Counted from the first letter of the stretch, positions 48,326 to 58,455 are shown. The stretch is 64,000 bases of DNA from Marinifilaceae bacterium (GCA_041846495.1 JBGZEX010000075.1:1238-65237), one strand, 5' to 3'. The notes: generated from the sequence alone by a model not told the origin. Made by a program: numbers and translations.

Positions 48326-49099
48326 TTACAGGAGTTTCGGTGTTTTGAAATTGATGAGTTTGTAACTGATTACGAGACTGCCTCTTATATGTCTCATGCT
48401 GTAGTCGAAATATTTGTTGTTTCGCTTGAATATATCTTTAAATCCCCATGAAATCCTCAATCCGAGGTCTACCTGATTCGTTATCTTCCTCTCGTATCCG
48501 CCCATGATTCCGATATCCCAAGAGTCCATGGAGTCGGTAAAATCCATATCGGACATATAATTGGGACTTTTCGGGTCATCGGATATTATTGTTTCTACCG
48601 TGTTCTCCCGGGGCCCGTTGAAGCCTTTCCGAGGTTTGTTTACGAATTTTGTCTTTACCATAGAGGAGAAATAAGGACCGGCTAATATGCGGTCGCGTTT
48701 ATTTCTAAAATTGTATTTTACATATATCGGAATCTCCACCATCGTGAACGATAAATGAGATTCCGCCGTTCCGGTAAAAAAACTGATGGCATTTTCATCC
48801 TGGAATTTTTGATTGGTGAGCCGGGCATCCGAGTTTGTCTTCACGGTTTTATAAGTTACCTCCATACCTCCTCCCCATTTATCCGATACCGTATATGCGA
48901 ATCTCCCTCCTAAAGCGAGAGTTATTTGCGGATAAGCATTTATTTTTTCGGGGATATTCTTAAAAGGGAAAGGGATAGCGCCCCCTATATCCGTACCCAT
49001 ATGTACGCCTAAACTGCCTTTTTTTTCGATATGTTCGTTTCCTTGCCCCCATACGACGGCAGGAAAGAAAAATATGAAAAAGAGTATTGTATTTCTCAT
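48326..49099 (-). CDS. Outer-membrane beta-barrel protein (porin-family fold)
   Basis: 257 aa. Signal peptide. Alternating amphipathic strands. Last gene of the YfhO-like operon. Confidence 0.6.
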   Translation of the reverse strand: MRNTILFFIFFFPAVVWGQGNEHIEKKGSLGVHMGTDIGGAIPFPFKNIPEKINAYPQITLALGGRFAYTVSDKWGGGMEVTYKTVKTNSDARLTNQKFQDENAISFFTGTAESHLSFTMVEIPIYVKYNFRNKRDRILAGPYFSSMVKTKFVNKPRKGFNGPRENTVETIISDDPKSPNYMSDMDFTDSMDSWDIGIMGGYERKITNQVDLGLRISWGFKDIFKRNNKYFDYSMRHIRGSLVISYKLINFKTPKLL

Positions 49100-49103
49100 G
49101 TTT

Positions 49104-50459
49104 TTAATATATAAGTTCTACATTATCTACACATAGCGAGCTTCCGATAGCTCCTTTGTAAACATCTCCTTCCTTGCTGGAAGTCATCACGATGACTATA
49201 TGTGTCGGCAAGGAATCGTCGTTATAGATAATCGGGATGTCTATACGTTGCCATCTGTTGTAATCCGGGTTGTTTCCGTCGAATATCATTTCTCCTTTTC
49301 CGATAACGACGACTCCTTCCGTAGGTTTCCCGTGGTATTCCAAGGGGACGGACCCGTTATAACGGATAAGCTCGACCCATATGTGACCGTAGTCCCGAGC
49401 ATTTTTATCTTCTATATCGATTATTTTATATTTGTTTCCGTCTTTTATCGCCTGTTGCATCTTATTTCCCGATTTGTACTTGGCTTCCAGTCTTATCGAA
49501 CGGATTTTGGAGGTGAAGGGGATACCGAAATAAGTCATCGATCTCGGATCGTCGGTATTCATATTCATTTCGAAATAACCCGTATATAAAGTGCCTGCGG
49601 CGACAAATTCTCCCAATAGATTAATTTGTTTGCTGGTAGTGATTTCTACGGCTTTGCCTCCGTTATATTCTATGGGATTCGTGCCTTGAACGAAGGAATT
49701 GTTGGCGGTGGCCCATCCGCACTTCGGTTCTATGGGATCGATGTCGTCGTATTTCGTAAGAAAAGTGGATTTCTTAATCCATTTTTCAAAGTCGGAATTC
49801 GGAATTTGGGGGTTATAATTTATTTTAAACGTCCATTTTTTGGATTTTTTTCCATTTGCGGAAACTATTGTAAAAGAATGTTCCGTATTTATATCTTCAA
49901 AAACGATGGAGCGGGATATGTCGCTTTGCGCATCGGGAGATAAGTAGACTTGAAGATGCGCTCTAAAAGGGAATACGGCTTTTTCGATTATGAAATGCAC
50001 TTCCGAATTCCAATGATTGATTCTTGTCGTAATTTCTTGGCCTTCATCATTTCTGGCTTGCGCCATAAGAATATCCGCTCCCGAATCCATGGGAGAAAGT
50101 CTTATCGTGTATTTTTGCGGAACTCCGCTCGGAGCTATGGAATAGATTTCGTGGGTATCGAAGCCGTTTTTGAATTGAATGCTGTCTCCGTTTATTCCGA
50201 TAATTTTGTCGGTACCTCGTATTTTTTTTAGGTTAATACCCAAGGTTAGAGGAAAGATGTTTGTCCGGGCCTGTATTTCGATGACTATATCCTTATTGTT
50301 GATGATATTGGCATTTCCTATTTCTACATCTTCAGGTTTTATGGCTCGGACATTTACATCGTATACTCCGGATTCGTCGCTGAGCTTTTCGACTTTTTCG
50401 CATCCCGTTGCAAGGATGAGTACGAATGAGAATAAAAAGATTCGAATTAAAGGATTCAT
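49104..50459 (-). CDS. Lipoprotein with C-terminal PCMD-like (putative carbohydrate metabolism) domain
   Basis: 451 aa. Lipobox LILATGC. C-terminal half NSDFEKW..GWATANN..GIPF..IVIVMTSSKEGDVYKGAIGSSLCVDNVELIY resembles PCMD-domain proteins. Confidence 0.5.
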   Translation of the reverse strand: MNPLIRIFLFSFVLILATGCEKVEKLSDESGVYDVNVRAIKPEDVEIGNANIINNKDIVIEIQARTNIFPLTLGINLKKIRGTDKIIGINGDSIQFKNGFDTHEIYSIAPSGVPQKYTIRLSPMDSGADILMAQARNDEGQEITTRINHWNSEVHFIIEKAVFPFRAHLQVYLSPDAQSDISRSIVFEDINTEHSFTIVSANGKKSKKWTFKINYNPQIPNSDFEKWIKKSTFLTKYDDIDPIEPKCGWATANNSFVQGTNPIEYNGGKAVEITTSKQINLLGEFVAAGTLYTGYFEMNMNTDDPRSMTYFGIPFTSKIRSIRLEAKYKSGNKMQQAIKDGNKYKIIDIEDKNARDYGHIWVELIRYNGSVPLEYHGKPTEGVVVIGKGEMIFDGNNPDYNRWQRIDIPIIYNDDSLPTHIVIVMTSSKEGDVYKGAIGSSLCVDNVELIY

Positions 50460-52984
50460 AACTTTGTTTTTTTGTTTGCATTAGGATTTGTGCGGGAGTA
50501 TCCGCTTTTTCGGAAAAAGTTTCCGCCGATGATTTTTGTTTTTTTCGTCAAACACAGGGCGAGGTTTCCGATAAGGACGATAATGAGAATGAAGGAAGAT
50601 ATTCCCGATATTTTCGCTCCTTTGAAATAAGATTCCGGGCGGAATTCGAATTTAACGGAATGTTCCCCTTCGGGAAGCACGATACTTCTCAATACATAGT
50701 TTGCGCATATGATGGGAGTTTCTTTTCCGTTTACATAGGCTTTCCAGCCTTTGGGATAGAAGATCTCGCTGAATACGGCCAGTCGGGTGCCGGATGTATG
50801 TGCCTTGTATTCTATTTTATTGGGAGAATAGCTTATAAGCTTTATGTCGGATATGGTGTCGTACGCGATATCGGATAGGAATTTTTCGTATTTCCGGTCG
50901 ACCAAAGCCGTATTTTTAGGATTTATATGCATGAGGCCTGCAATTTCCTCTTGAGGGGAGGATGTAAATCCTATCTCTTTTACGAACCATGCATTTCCGA
51001 ATGCGTAAGGGTTGCGAATGGGAGACATATTGGGATTCGTAATCACGTATTTAGTATTCAGCATATTGATTATTCCCGTTTTGAGGAAGACGGAATCCGT
51101 GCCGTAGTCGGAAATATTTTTTTTAATATTCTTTATTATCTCCTCTGTCTCGGGAATAATGCAATAGTCTATCAGGTCCTGATAACGTTGGAGTTTTGCG
51201 GCACTATACCCTCCTATGGTTTTATGAAAATAGCTGGTTGTGGAGTTGTTGAAAGTATTTACGGATAGATCCAATACTCGGTAGTTCGGAGAAATGTCTT
51301 TTAATATTTCCTTATCTGCCGGCCGGAGTTGGAATGCCGTCATTATTTCTTTTTGCGTTTGGAAGTGGGAATCGTTCAAATAGCGTTTGTCGATAGTCCA
51401 CATATCGAGAAGAATCAATAGGCCTAAAATCGGGAGACCGTATTTTGGGGGTATTTTATCTTTTATAATCGAGAGGATGAGGAGAGCGGATGCGATGATA
51501 AAGCCGGCGGAGCGCCAAGCATCGGCACGGAGCAGACTTTTTCTGTCCGCAGGGAGCGTGGTACGCATCCAATCGGGGAGACGGGTATCCGCCGTATTCG
51601 TAAAATCGCCGGCTATATCGGGGAGCAGGGCGAAGAGGATGCACAGGCCTGCCGTTATTCCGGCAGCTATTTTCAGGGCTTTGAGCGACGTGTTTTTCGC
51701 ATATTTTTTTTTGTATATTTTATCGAGAGCGTAAAATCCCATAAGCGGAATCGTAAGTTGGAGGATGACTAAGGTCATGGAGGGAGCTCTGAATTTGTTA
51801 TAAAGGGGTACGTATTCGTAGAAAAAACGGGAAACGGGCATAAAGTGTTTTCCCCATGCCAAAAGGATGGCGAGAACGGAGACCCCGACTATCCACCATT
51901 TCCACGGCCCTTTTATAAGGAAAAGAGATAGTATGAAAAGGAATATGCTTACGGCACCCAAATACATGGGACCGGATGTGAAAGGTTGGGGACCCCAGTA
52001 AGCAGGCATGTTTTTTACGATATTTCCTGCTTCCGAATCCGATAAGCCCGCATTTTTTAAAGTTCGGTAGGTTTGGGAGTTCCTGTTTAGAGCTCCGTTC
52101 GATGCCCCTCCGTTGAAATTGGGAATAAGCAGGTTGGGCGTTTCCTCCACACCGTAACTCCATGCCAGGGCATAATCCGTTTCCAGTCCTTTCGTATTTT
52201 TACTTTGTAGTTCCGACCCTCCTCGTATGGAATATTTTCCGTATTCCCATGTAGACCACAAGTGGTTTGTGTTTGCTCCCAAGGCAAGAATAAAACCGAT
52301 AAACAATAAGGAGAGAGTTTTAAAATATTTTCCGAGGGTCTTTTGTTTGACGGCATTATATAATTCCGCTGCCAAATAGAAAATTACGATGATTCCGAGA
52401 TAGTATGTTATTTGAGGGTGGTTGGCAATGATTTCGAAGGTCAGGGTGATACCCGATAAGGTCGCCCCTATCCACGGATTTTTTTTGAAGGAATAGATTA
52501 TCGAGGCTAAAACCCAGGGCATGAAAGCAATGGCAATCATTTTTCCGTTATGTCCGGCTTGGATGATTTGGAAGTTATAGGAGCATAATCCGAATGCGAG
52601 AGCTCCTATAAGGGATACCCACGGAGATATGCCGATGCTGAGCATAAGGAGATAAAAGCCGACAAAAGCGAGGATGTAATAACTTGCGGGTCTTGTACCG
52701 AGAAACAGGCGGTCGTATATGTATTCGAGATGATTCCCTTTATGTCTCATGCTGATGACGGTCGTAGGCATTCCTCCGAACATGGAGTTCGTCCAAAGAG
52801 CCTCCTCGTTTGCCGTCTTCCGGTATTCGTTGCTTTCCCGGGCGGCTCCTATATGAGATGTGATATCGGATTGATCCACCCGTTTCCCCTCTATAAGCGG
52901 GAAACAGTAAATATAACTCAGAACGGAAAATAAAAGAAGTGCGAAAATATGTATTCCCCAAGAGTTTAAGTGTAGATTTTTCAT
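50456..52984 (-). CDS. YfhO-like polytopic membrane protein (GT-C-type glycosyltransferase candidate)
   Basis: 842 aa with more than 10 TM helices. N-terminal ..EALWTNSMFGGMP.. segment and overall size are typical of YfhO-family proteins. 4-nt overlap with the lipoprotein gene. Confidence 0.6.
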   Translation of the reverse strand: MKNLHLNSWGIHIFALLLFSVLSYIYCFPLIEGKRVDQSDITSHIGAARESNEYRKTANEEALWTNSMFGGMPTTVISMRHKGNHLEYIYDRLFLGTRPASYYILAFVGFYLLMLSIGISPWVSLIGALAFGLCSYNFQIIQAGHNGKMIAIAFMPWVLASIIYSFKKNPWIGATLSGITLTFEIIANHPQITYYLGIIVIFYLAAELYNAVKQKTLGKYFKTLSLLFIGFILALGANTNHLWSTWEYGKYSIRGGSELQSKNTKGLETDYALAWSYGVEETPNLLIPNFNGGASNGALNRNSQTYRTLKNAGLSDSEAGNIVKNMPAYWGPQPFTSGPMYLGAVSIFLFILSLFLIKGPWKWWIVGVSVLAILLAWGKHFMPVSRFFYEYVPLYNKFRAPSMTLVILQLTIPLMGFYALDKIYKKKYAKNTSLKALKIAAGITAGLCILFALLPDIAGDFTNTADTRLPDWMRTTLPADRKSLLRADAWRSAGFIIASALLILSIIKDKIPPKYGLPILGLLILLDMWTIDKRYLNDSHFQTQKEIMTAFQLRPADKEILKDISPNYRVLDLSVNTFNNSTTSYFHKTIGGYSAAKLQRYQDLIDYCIIPETEEIIKNIKKNISDYGTDSVFLKTGIINMLNTKYVITNPNMSPIRNPYAFGNAWFVKEIGFTSSPQEEIAGLMHINPKNTALVDRKYEKFLSDIAYDTISDIKLISYSPNKIEYKAHTSGTRLAVFSEIFYPKGWKAYVNGKETPIICANYVLRSIVLPEGEHSVKFEFRPESYFKGAKISGISSFILIIVLIGNLALCLTKKTKIIGGNFFRKSGYSRTNPNANKKTKL

Positions 52985-53008
52985 AAAATCCCATTGTATG
53001 ATGATTCA

Positions 53009-53016
53009 CAAAGTTA
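53009..53016 (-). promoter_or_regulatory. Bacteroidota -7 promoter element (TAnnTTTG)
   Basis: The minus strand reads taactttg, 25 nt upstream of the YfhO-like ATG. Confidence 0.5.
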
Positions 53017-53051
53017 CGAGATATAATCGAATAATTCAAGAGATATTTTCC

Positions 53052-53059
53052 TACCTTTG
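53052..53059 (+). promoter_or_regulatory. Bacteroidota -7 promoter element (TAnnTTTG)
   Basis: tacctttg, 34 nt upstream of the GT2 ATG. Confidence 0.5.
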
Positions 53060-53092
53060 TCCGGTACGGTTTGTTGAACGAAATTTCCCCCG

Positions 53093-54118
53093 ATGACGCA
53101 TACGCCTAAGATTTCCGTATTGGTTCCGGTTTACAAAGTATCCGCTTTTATAGAGCGGTGTGCGCATTCCCTCTTCTCCCAGACCTTTGAGGATATGGAA
53201 TATATTTTCGTGGACGATGCTTCACCGGACGACAGCATCGGAAAGTTGGAAGCCGTAGCGGCGCTTTATCCGCAGAGGCGGGATGCCGTACGTATTATCC
53301 GTCATCCTTATAACAAAGGAATATATGCGGCTCGGCGAACGGCATTCGAGGCCGCTAAAGGGATTTTTTGCATGTCCGTCGACAGCGACGATTATGCGGA
53401 ACCGGATATGGCGGAACTTATGTATGCCGAGGCTGTGCGTACCGGTGCGGATATCGTATGTTCTCATTACTATGAAGAAACTGCCGAGGGCAAGAGGTTC
53501 GAAAGGAAAGTATTTTTTTCCGAAGATAAAAAAGAGGCGATTGCCGATATCTTTTTTGTTTTCTCCGCCTTATGGAATAAACTGATAAAAAGAAGTCTTA
53601 TCGACAGGACGGCACTTCCGGATTTGGAAGGCGTGTGTATGGGAGAGGATTTGGCTTTTTCCGCCAAGTTCGTGTATTATGCGGATAAATATGCCCGGGT
53701 CGATAAACCGCTTTACCATTATGTGCGGTATAATGTTTCTTCCATAACTGCGGCATTCTCCCGTAAGAATGCGGAGGATATGGTGGCCGTAATAAAAGAT
53801 CTCGAAGTTTTTTTCAGTTCGCTACCCGATGGAGCGGAATATGAAGAAGTGTTGAATCGGTTTAAGGCTTTGAAGAAGATAAGAATCCTCCGGGGCACTT
53901 TCGCTTCGAAAGAATATATGGGGTTGTATCCGGAATTGAAACCCTTGATAAGAAAAATGGATTTGCCTTTGAAATCCGAGATTATTTTGATGTTGGCTGC
54001 CTATAAATGCCGTTTTGTATTAATCGTCTTTCTTTTTGTATTGAGATGCCTGAATTATATAAAAAACTTGAGGGTAAAAAATTATTGTTTGTTTATTCCT
54101 CTCTTTCTGTTTTCGTAA
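53093..54118 (+). CDS. Glycosyltransferase family 2
   Basis: 341 aa. ISVLVPVYKV..FVDDASPDDS and DSDD motifs. Hydrophobic C-terminal tail. Confidence 0.85.
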   Translation: MTHTPKISVLVPVYKVSAFIERCAHSLFSQTFEDMEYIFVDDASPDDSIGKLEAVAALYPQRRDAVRIIRHPYNKGIYAARRTAFEAAKGIFCMSVDSDDYAEPDMAELMYAEAVRTGADIVCSHYYEETAEGKRFERKVFFSEDKKEAIADIFFVFSALWNKLIKRSLIDRTALPDLEGVCMGEDLAFSAKFVYYADKYARVDKPLYHYVRYNVSSITAAFSRKNAEDMVAVIKDLEVFFSSLPDGAEYEEVLNRFKALKKIRILRGTFASKEYMGLYPELKPLIRKMDLPLKSEIILMLAAYKCRFVLIVFLFVLRCLNYIKNLRVKNYCLFIPLFLFS

Positions 54119-55089
54119 AACAAGATATCGAAATATTCGAGAATGCCGGAGCTGAAGTACATAGATTTCATGCGGTTGAAACATCCCGGTTGAAGTTGGT
54201 ACTTTCTCTCGTGCGGGCTTTTTTTTATCTTCTCTTCAGGATTTGGAAATTCGATGCCGTTTACATATGGTTTGCCGATTATCACTCCTGTTTGCCGATC
54301 CTATTTTCTCAAATGGCGCACAAGAAATCTTTTCTTGTCATCGGAGGATACGATGTGTCCCGGTTCAGGCAATATAAATACGGAAGCTTCACTAATCCCG
54401 TAAGAGGATATATGGCGAAATATTCGATGAAACATGCCGGTTTGAATCTATGTGTTTCGGTTTATGTACAAAGAGTTTTAAGGGCAATACTCCCCGATGC
54501 GCCCTCTGTTGTCGTGTACAATGGAATTTCTCTCGTACCGGAATTAACCGGCGATGCGAATAAGAGGGATAAGGAAAAAACGGTTTTGTGTGTAAGCCTC
54601 GTCCGGACTCGGCAAAAGTATTTTATAAAAGGTATAGATCGTTTTATCCGGGTTTGTCGCATGGCTGAAAATGTGAATTTCATAGCTATAGGAATAGAGC
54701 CCGATTTGATAAAGAAGATGGAAGGAGAATTGCCTTCGAATCTGCAACTCATACCGCCTTTGCCGCATAAAGAATTGATTTGTTATTATTTAAAAGCACA
54801 TGTTTACTGTCAATTGTCCAGAGCCGAGAGTTTTTCCCTCTCGCTTGCGGAGGCGATGCTGTACAACTGTATTCCCGTTATTTCGAATGTCGGAGGAATC
54901 CCGGAAGTTGCAGGGCCTTACGGTTATAAGGTAGGGGGGGAGGCCCCGGAAGAAATCGTTCGGGCTATTTACTCGGCATTGTCCGAAAAGACAACCGGGC
55001 ATGCCATCGGCCGGAGAATTGAAGAAATGTTTACCTGCGAAAGACGGGGAGCGGTATTATGCGAAATCGTTTCGAGGGAGTTGCAATAA
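54046..55089 (+). CDS. Glycosyltransferase family 4 (GT-B)
   Basis: Start at MPELYKKLEGKKLLFVYSS. EX7E region ESFSLSLAEAMLYNCIPVISNVGGIPEV. 73-nt overlap with the GT2 gene. Confidence 0.8.
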   Translation: MPELYKKLEGKKLLFVYSSLSVFVKQDIEIFENAGAEVHRFHAVETSRLKLVLSLVRAFFYLLFRIWKFDAVYIWFADYHSCLPILFSQMAHKKSFLVIGGYDVSRFRQYKYGSFTNPVRGYMAKYSMKHAGLNLCVSVYVQRVLRAILPDAPSVVVYNGISLVPELTGDANKRDKEKTVLCVSLVRTRQKYFIKGIDRFIRVCRMAENVNFIAIGIEPDLIKKMEGELPSNLQLIPPLPHKELICYYLKAHVYCQLSRAESFSLSLAEAMLYNCIPVISNVGGIPEVAGPYGYKVGGEAPEEIVRAIYSALSEKTTGHAIGRRIEEMFTCERRGAVLCEIVSRELQ

Positions 55090-55091
55090 GT

Positions 55092-56675
55092 TCAATTCCG
55101 TTTTCGGAATTTGAAATCCCGGCTTTTGAATTTATCCCGAATACTTCCGATTATTTCGGTTTTCATGCGGGAGGTCAGATTGCGCACACCTTTTGAGCAT
55201 GCCAGCATGAGGAGGTAGTAGGTGCAAAATATGGTTCCGCTTACGATAAGGGCGAATAGCAACCAATGCGCATAATCTTTGCAGGGGTCGACAAAAAAGA
55301 AATTTTCTATGAATTTTGTGGAAATAAACCATGCCGAGATACCGATTCCCGTATATTTTACGACGGATATCCAATATTCTCCAAGCGGAGATTTCATTCC
55401 TTCCCGATAGAGGAAATAGGGTTTCCATATGTATACGATCAGAAAAGTGCTGACGGTGGTTCCGGCAAGAACTCCGGCAATACCCCATCGACGGGCGAGC
55501 AAAACGGATAATAAAAGGTTGATGCCGGCTTCCGTACACGGAGCCCAGGTATCTTTGAAAAGTCCGAATCCGGCTATGAATACGTCCACCGTCCACCGGG
55601 TACACAGGATAAAGGCATTGAGGATGAAAAAAACGAGAATCGTTTTGTCGAGGATGTATTCCCGTCCTACCCATAATGCGATAAAGGGTTCGAGGAGATG
55701 ATAAAGAGAAAAACAAACGACGAAAGCCATAATGTAGCGTAGAGCCATGAGTTCCCAGAATATATTGCGAATGCTCTTCTTATTGCCTTCGGCAATAAGA
55801 TTGCCTACTCCGGCTCCGGTATTTCCCATAAGATTATTGAGAAAAAGAAAGACCTTGCTGACAATAAGCGTATAGTTGCCGTAGAAAGCTACCATTTTCA
55901 GGGAAACGAAGGCGAATATGATAAGCTGATCGGTTTGTTTGAGTACGAACTCCCCGATTTTATGAACGAATATCTGTTTGATACGGACGATGATCCCGGG
56001 ATAGTTTTTCAGCATTTTCCCGCCTCGGGACGCATCGGTCTGCAGCCAGGGATATATTTTATAAATCTTCCGGCGGATAATAATACTGTAGGTAATACCG
56101 TAAATCATTTCCATAAGTATCCAGAGATAATAGTTTTTCGTATAATAGGCAATGGCTGTTTGAAGGCATAGTTTTACGATATTGGATGTTTGGAAATAGG
56201 CTGTAATGACATAGTTCCTTTGATCGGCGTTCAGAAGTACGATATGATAATTGATAAAATACGCCAGAAGGGAAGAGGTTAGAAGCGAGAGATAGGAAAA
56301 ATACAATATCCCGGAAGGGAAGGGGGCATTCCGGAATATGAGCGGAATACAAATGCCTACGATGAGGCCGATTCCGCCTACGATTTGTCCGATACGGCGA
56401 TATAAAAAACCGAGTACCGAAACGATTTCATTGATTTCATTCCTTTTGTTTTCGAATATCGGTTTGTATAAGGTATAGGAAACGGCTACTCCTATTCCGA
56501 GTTCCGCCAAATTGAGAAATCCCAAAATGCTTTCCATCGTTCCCGTCAGTCCGAGGAAATCCGCACCTAAGCTGTTTAGAAAAATTCTTCGGGAGAAAAA
56601 GGCGGTTATAAGCATGAGAAAGAAGAAAAATACGTTTACTCTTGCGTTCAACATACTTTTTTTCAGTCTGCTCAT
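55092..56675 (-). CDS. Wzx-like oligosaccharide flippase (MOP superfamily polysaccharide biosynthesis protein)
   Basis: About 12-14 TM helices. Start uncertain: ATG 56702 lies only 8 nt below a -7 element, while ATG 56675 (MSRLKKS) gives a normal leader. Confidence 0.72.
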   Translation of the reverse strand: MSRLKKSMLNARVNVFFFFLMLITAFFSRRIFLNSLGADFLGLTGTMESILGFLNLAELGIGVAVSYTLYKPIFENKRNEINEIVSVLGFLYRRIGQIVGGIGLIVGICIPLIFRNAPFPSGILYFSYLSLLTSSLLAYFINYHIVLLNADQRNYVITAYFQTSNIVKLCLQTAIAYYTKNYYLWILMEMIYGITYSIIIRRKIYKIYPWLQTDASRGGKMLKNYPGIIVRIKQIFVHKIGEFVLKQTDQLIIFAFVSLKMVAFYGNYTLIVSKVFLFLNNLMGNTGAGVGNLIAEGNKKSIRNIFWELMALRYIMAFVVCFSLYHLLEPFIALWVGREYILDKTILVFFILNAFILCTRWTVDVFIAGFGLFKDTWAPCTEAGINLLLSVLLARRWGIAGVLAGTTVSTFLIVYIWKPYFLYREGMKSPLGEYWISVVKYTGIGISAWFISTKFIENFFFVDPCKDYAHWLLFALIVSGTIFCTYYLLMLACSKGVRNLTSRMKTEIIGSIRDKFKSRDFKFRKRN

Positions 56676-56709
56676 ATTTTTTCGGTTGTCTGTAATTCTC
56701 ATATAATTA

Positions 56710-56717
56710 CAAATTTA
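56710..56717 (-). promoter_or_regulatory. Bacteroidota -7 promoter element (TAnnTTTG)
   Basis: The minus strand reads taaatttg, upstream of the flippase gene. Confidence 0.45.
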
Positions 56718-56754
56718 CCTGATTTTATATAATGCGCCATTCATATGTCGGACT

Positions 56755-58455
56755 TTATTCGAATTCCATCCCGCCGACGGGAATTCTTCGTCTTGCGTTA
56801 TCGTATGAAGGAGAGAAAATAAAGAAATCCGGTCTGCTTTGCTGTATGCGTATGTCTAAAAGATCGATTAAAGCATCGCTTAAAATATCCGTCATGATTT
56901 TTTTATTTGCGGCATTGTTTATCCTTTCGACTTTGTCCGGATGGTTTTTTCGGAAATGCGAGGACATCCATATGCACATCGGCACTTGGAAAGTGCTCGG
57001 AGTGAGGATGCTTCCGTGCCCGAATTTTCCGGGAATTTCGAAAATGGATTCTCCATGGTCGGGGACATAGAGGATTAATGCATCCGTATTTTTATAGAAA
57101 TCGATGATTTCCCCGATAATATAGTCGTTATACAGTACGGAATTAAGATATTCGGATAAAATAGTAGCCTCTTCTTGACTATAGGTGTTTTCGGGAAGAT
57201 CTTCCGGTTTGAACAGGCCCCATTTTTCGGGATATCGCAGCCGGTAATATATATGGGAACCCATAAGGTGTACGATATTGAAAATTTTATTGTCTCCTGA
57301 AGATTTTTTCAAATGAGGAAGTACGGCTTCGTCGTAGGATACGAAGGCCAAATCGCCGGAAGGCCGATTCGAACAATAAGTCACATGATCGCATGAAGTC
57401 GCCAAAGCGGAAATCTCATTGACGTAAATGCCGGATTTTTCCTGGTTGGATATCCAATAGGTGTCGTATCCGGCGGCTTTCATAACGGAGGGCAGGAGGG
57501 CATAGTCGTACCAGTTGCCTTTTTTGTCGTTCGAGTAGAGGGAGAATATTCTGGATACGGCGAGGGCGGTAGACGGAGCGCAGGCTATTACGTCCGAGAA
57601 AATCACCATTTCCTTTCGTGAAATCAGAGAATCCATACAAGGGGTCGTATGCAGGGGATAGCCGTAGCAATGGAGGTATTTTTTTGTCAGGGACTCTCCT
57701 ATAATAAAGACGACGTTAGGAACATCCGAATCGTTTTTTAGGATTTTGGGCGAATGATTCCCGAAGGAACGGGCACGTTCGGATATGAGGCGAAGGGATT
57801 TCCAGGCATCGTTAAAGGAGAAAAACGCCCGTGTCGGAGAGGAAATTTGGAAATAATGCCGTATCCCCAAATGATAGGTCTTGTGATACACGTAAATATG
57901 ATATCCGGCACAACTTACCGAAGCGAATAATGCGAGTCCGAACATCCATTGCATAAGCCGGAATTTGAGAAGCCGGGGGATGAGAAAACGGTTTATCGAA
58001 AAAGAAAGGGCAAATACGGAAAACAACAGGGCTCCGTGGAAGAGAATGACTTTGATTCCCATTGTTTGACTCATTAATTCGCAGGCTTCGTTTCGATTGC
58101 TGCCTAAGATTACCGAGGCGATGAAGTTCGTCAGCAGGGTGTCGAAGGATTTCAGAAGGAAGGTTTCGGTCACGAATAAAACGGAGACGATGGTCAGTAT
58201 TATAATTTTTACCGTCGTGAGCAGACGACCTTTAAAAAGAGTGCATAAAAAGACCGATGCCATTCCGGCCAAAAGGGAGGAACAAAATCCCAAAAGCAGC
58301 TTTTTCCCGATGTCTAACGAATCGATAAATAAGATGTCCGCCCATACGAGGACGGAAAAGGAACATAAAAAGACGAACAGGAATACGAAAAACTCCGAGA
58401 AAAATTTCCGGAATGATTTTTCGAATAGGGCTTTTATAAAAGCGGTATCGGGCAT
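56755..58455 (-). CDS. Phosphoethanolamine transferase-like enzyme (N-terminal TM domain plus sulfatase-fold domain, EptA/LptA family)
   Basis: 566 aa. Five N-terminal TM helices, then VVFIIGESLTKKYLHCYGYPLHTTPCMDSL and HLMGSH / PDHGES metal-site-like motifs. Confidence 0.72.
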   Translation of the reverse strand: MPDTAFIKALFEKSFRKFFSEFFVFLFVFLCSFSVLVWADILFIDSLDIGKKLLLGFCSSLLAGMASVFLCTLFKGRLLTTVKIIILTIVSVLFVTETFLLKSFDTLLTNFIASVILGSNRNEACELMSQTMGIKVILFHGALLFSVFALSFSINRFLIPRLLKFRLMQWMFGLALFASVSCAGYHIYVYHKTYHLGIRHYFQISSPTRAFFSFNDAWKSLRLISERARSFGNHSPKILKNDSDVPNVVFIIGESLTKKYLHCYGYPLHTTPCMDSLISRKEMVIFSDVIACAPSTALAVSRIFSLYSNDKKGNWYDYALLPSVMKAAGYDTYWISNQEKSGIYVNEISALATSCDHVTYCSNRPSGDLAFVSYDEAVLPHLKKSSGDNKIFNIVHLMGSHIYYRLRYPEKWGLFKPEDLPENTYSQEEATILSEYLNSVLYNDYIIGEIIDFYKNTDALILYVPDHGESIFEIPGKFGHGSILTPSTFQVPMCIWMSSHFRKNHPDKVERINNAANKKIMTDILSDALIDLLDIRIQQSRPDFFIFSPSYDNARRRIPVGGMEFE

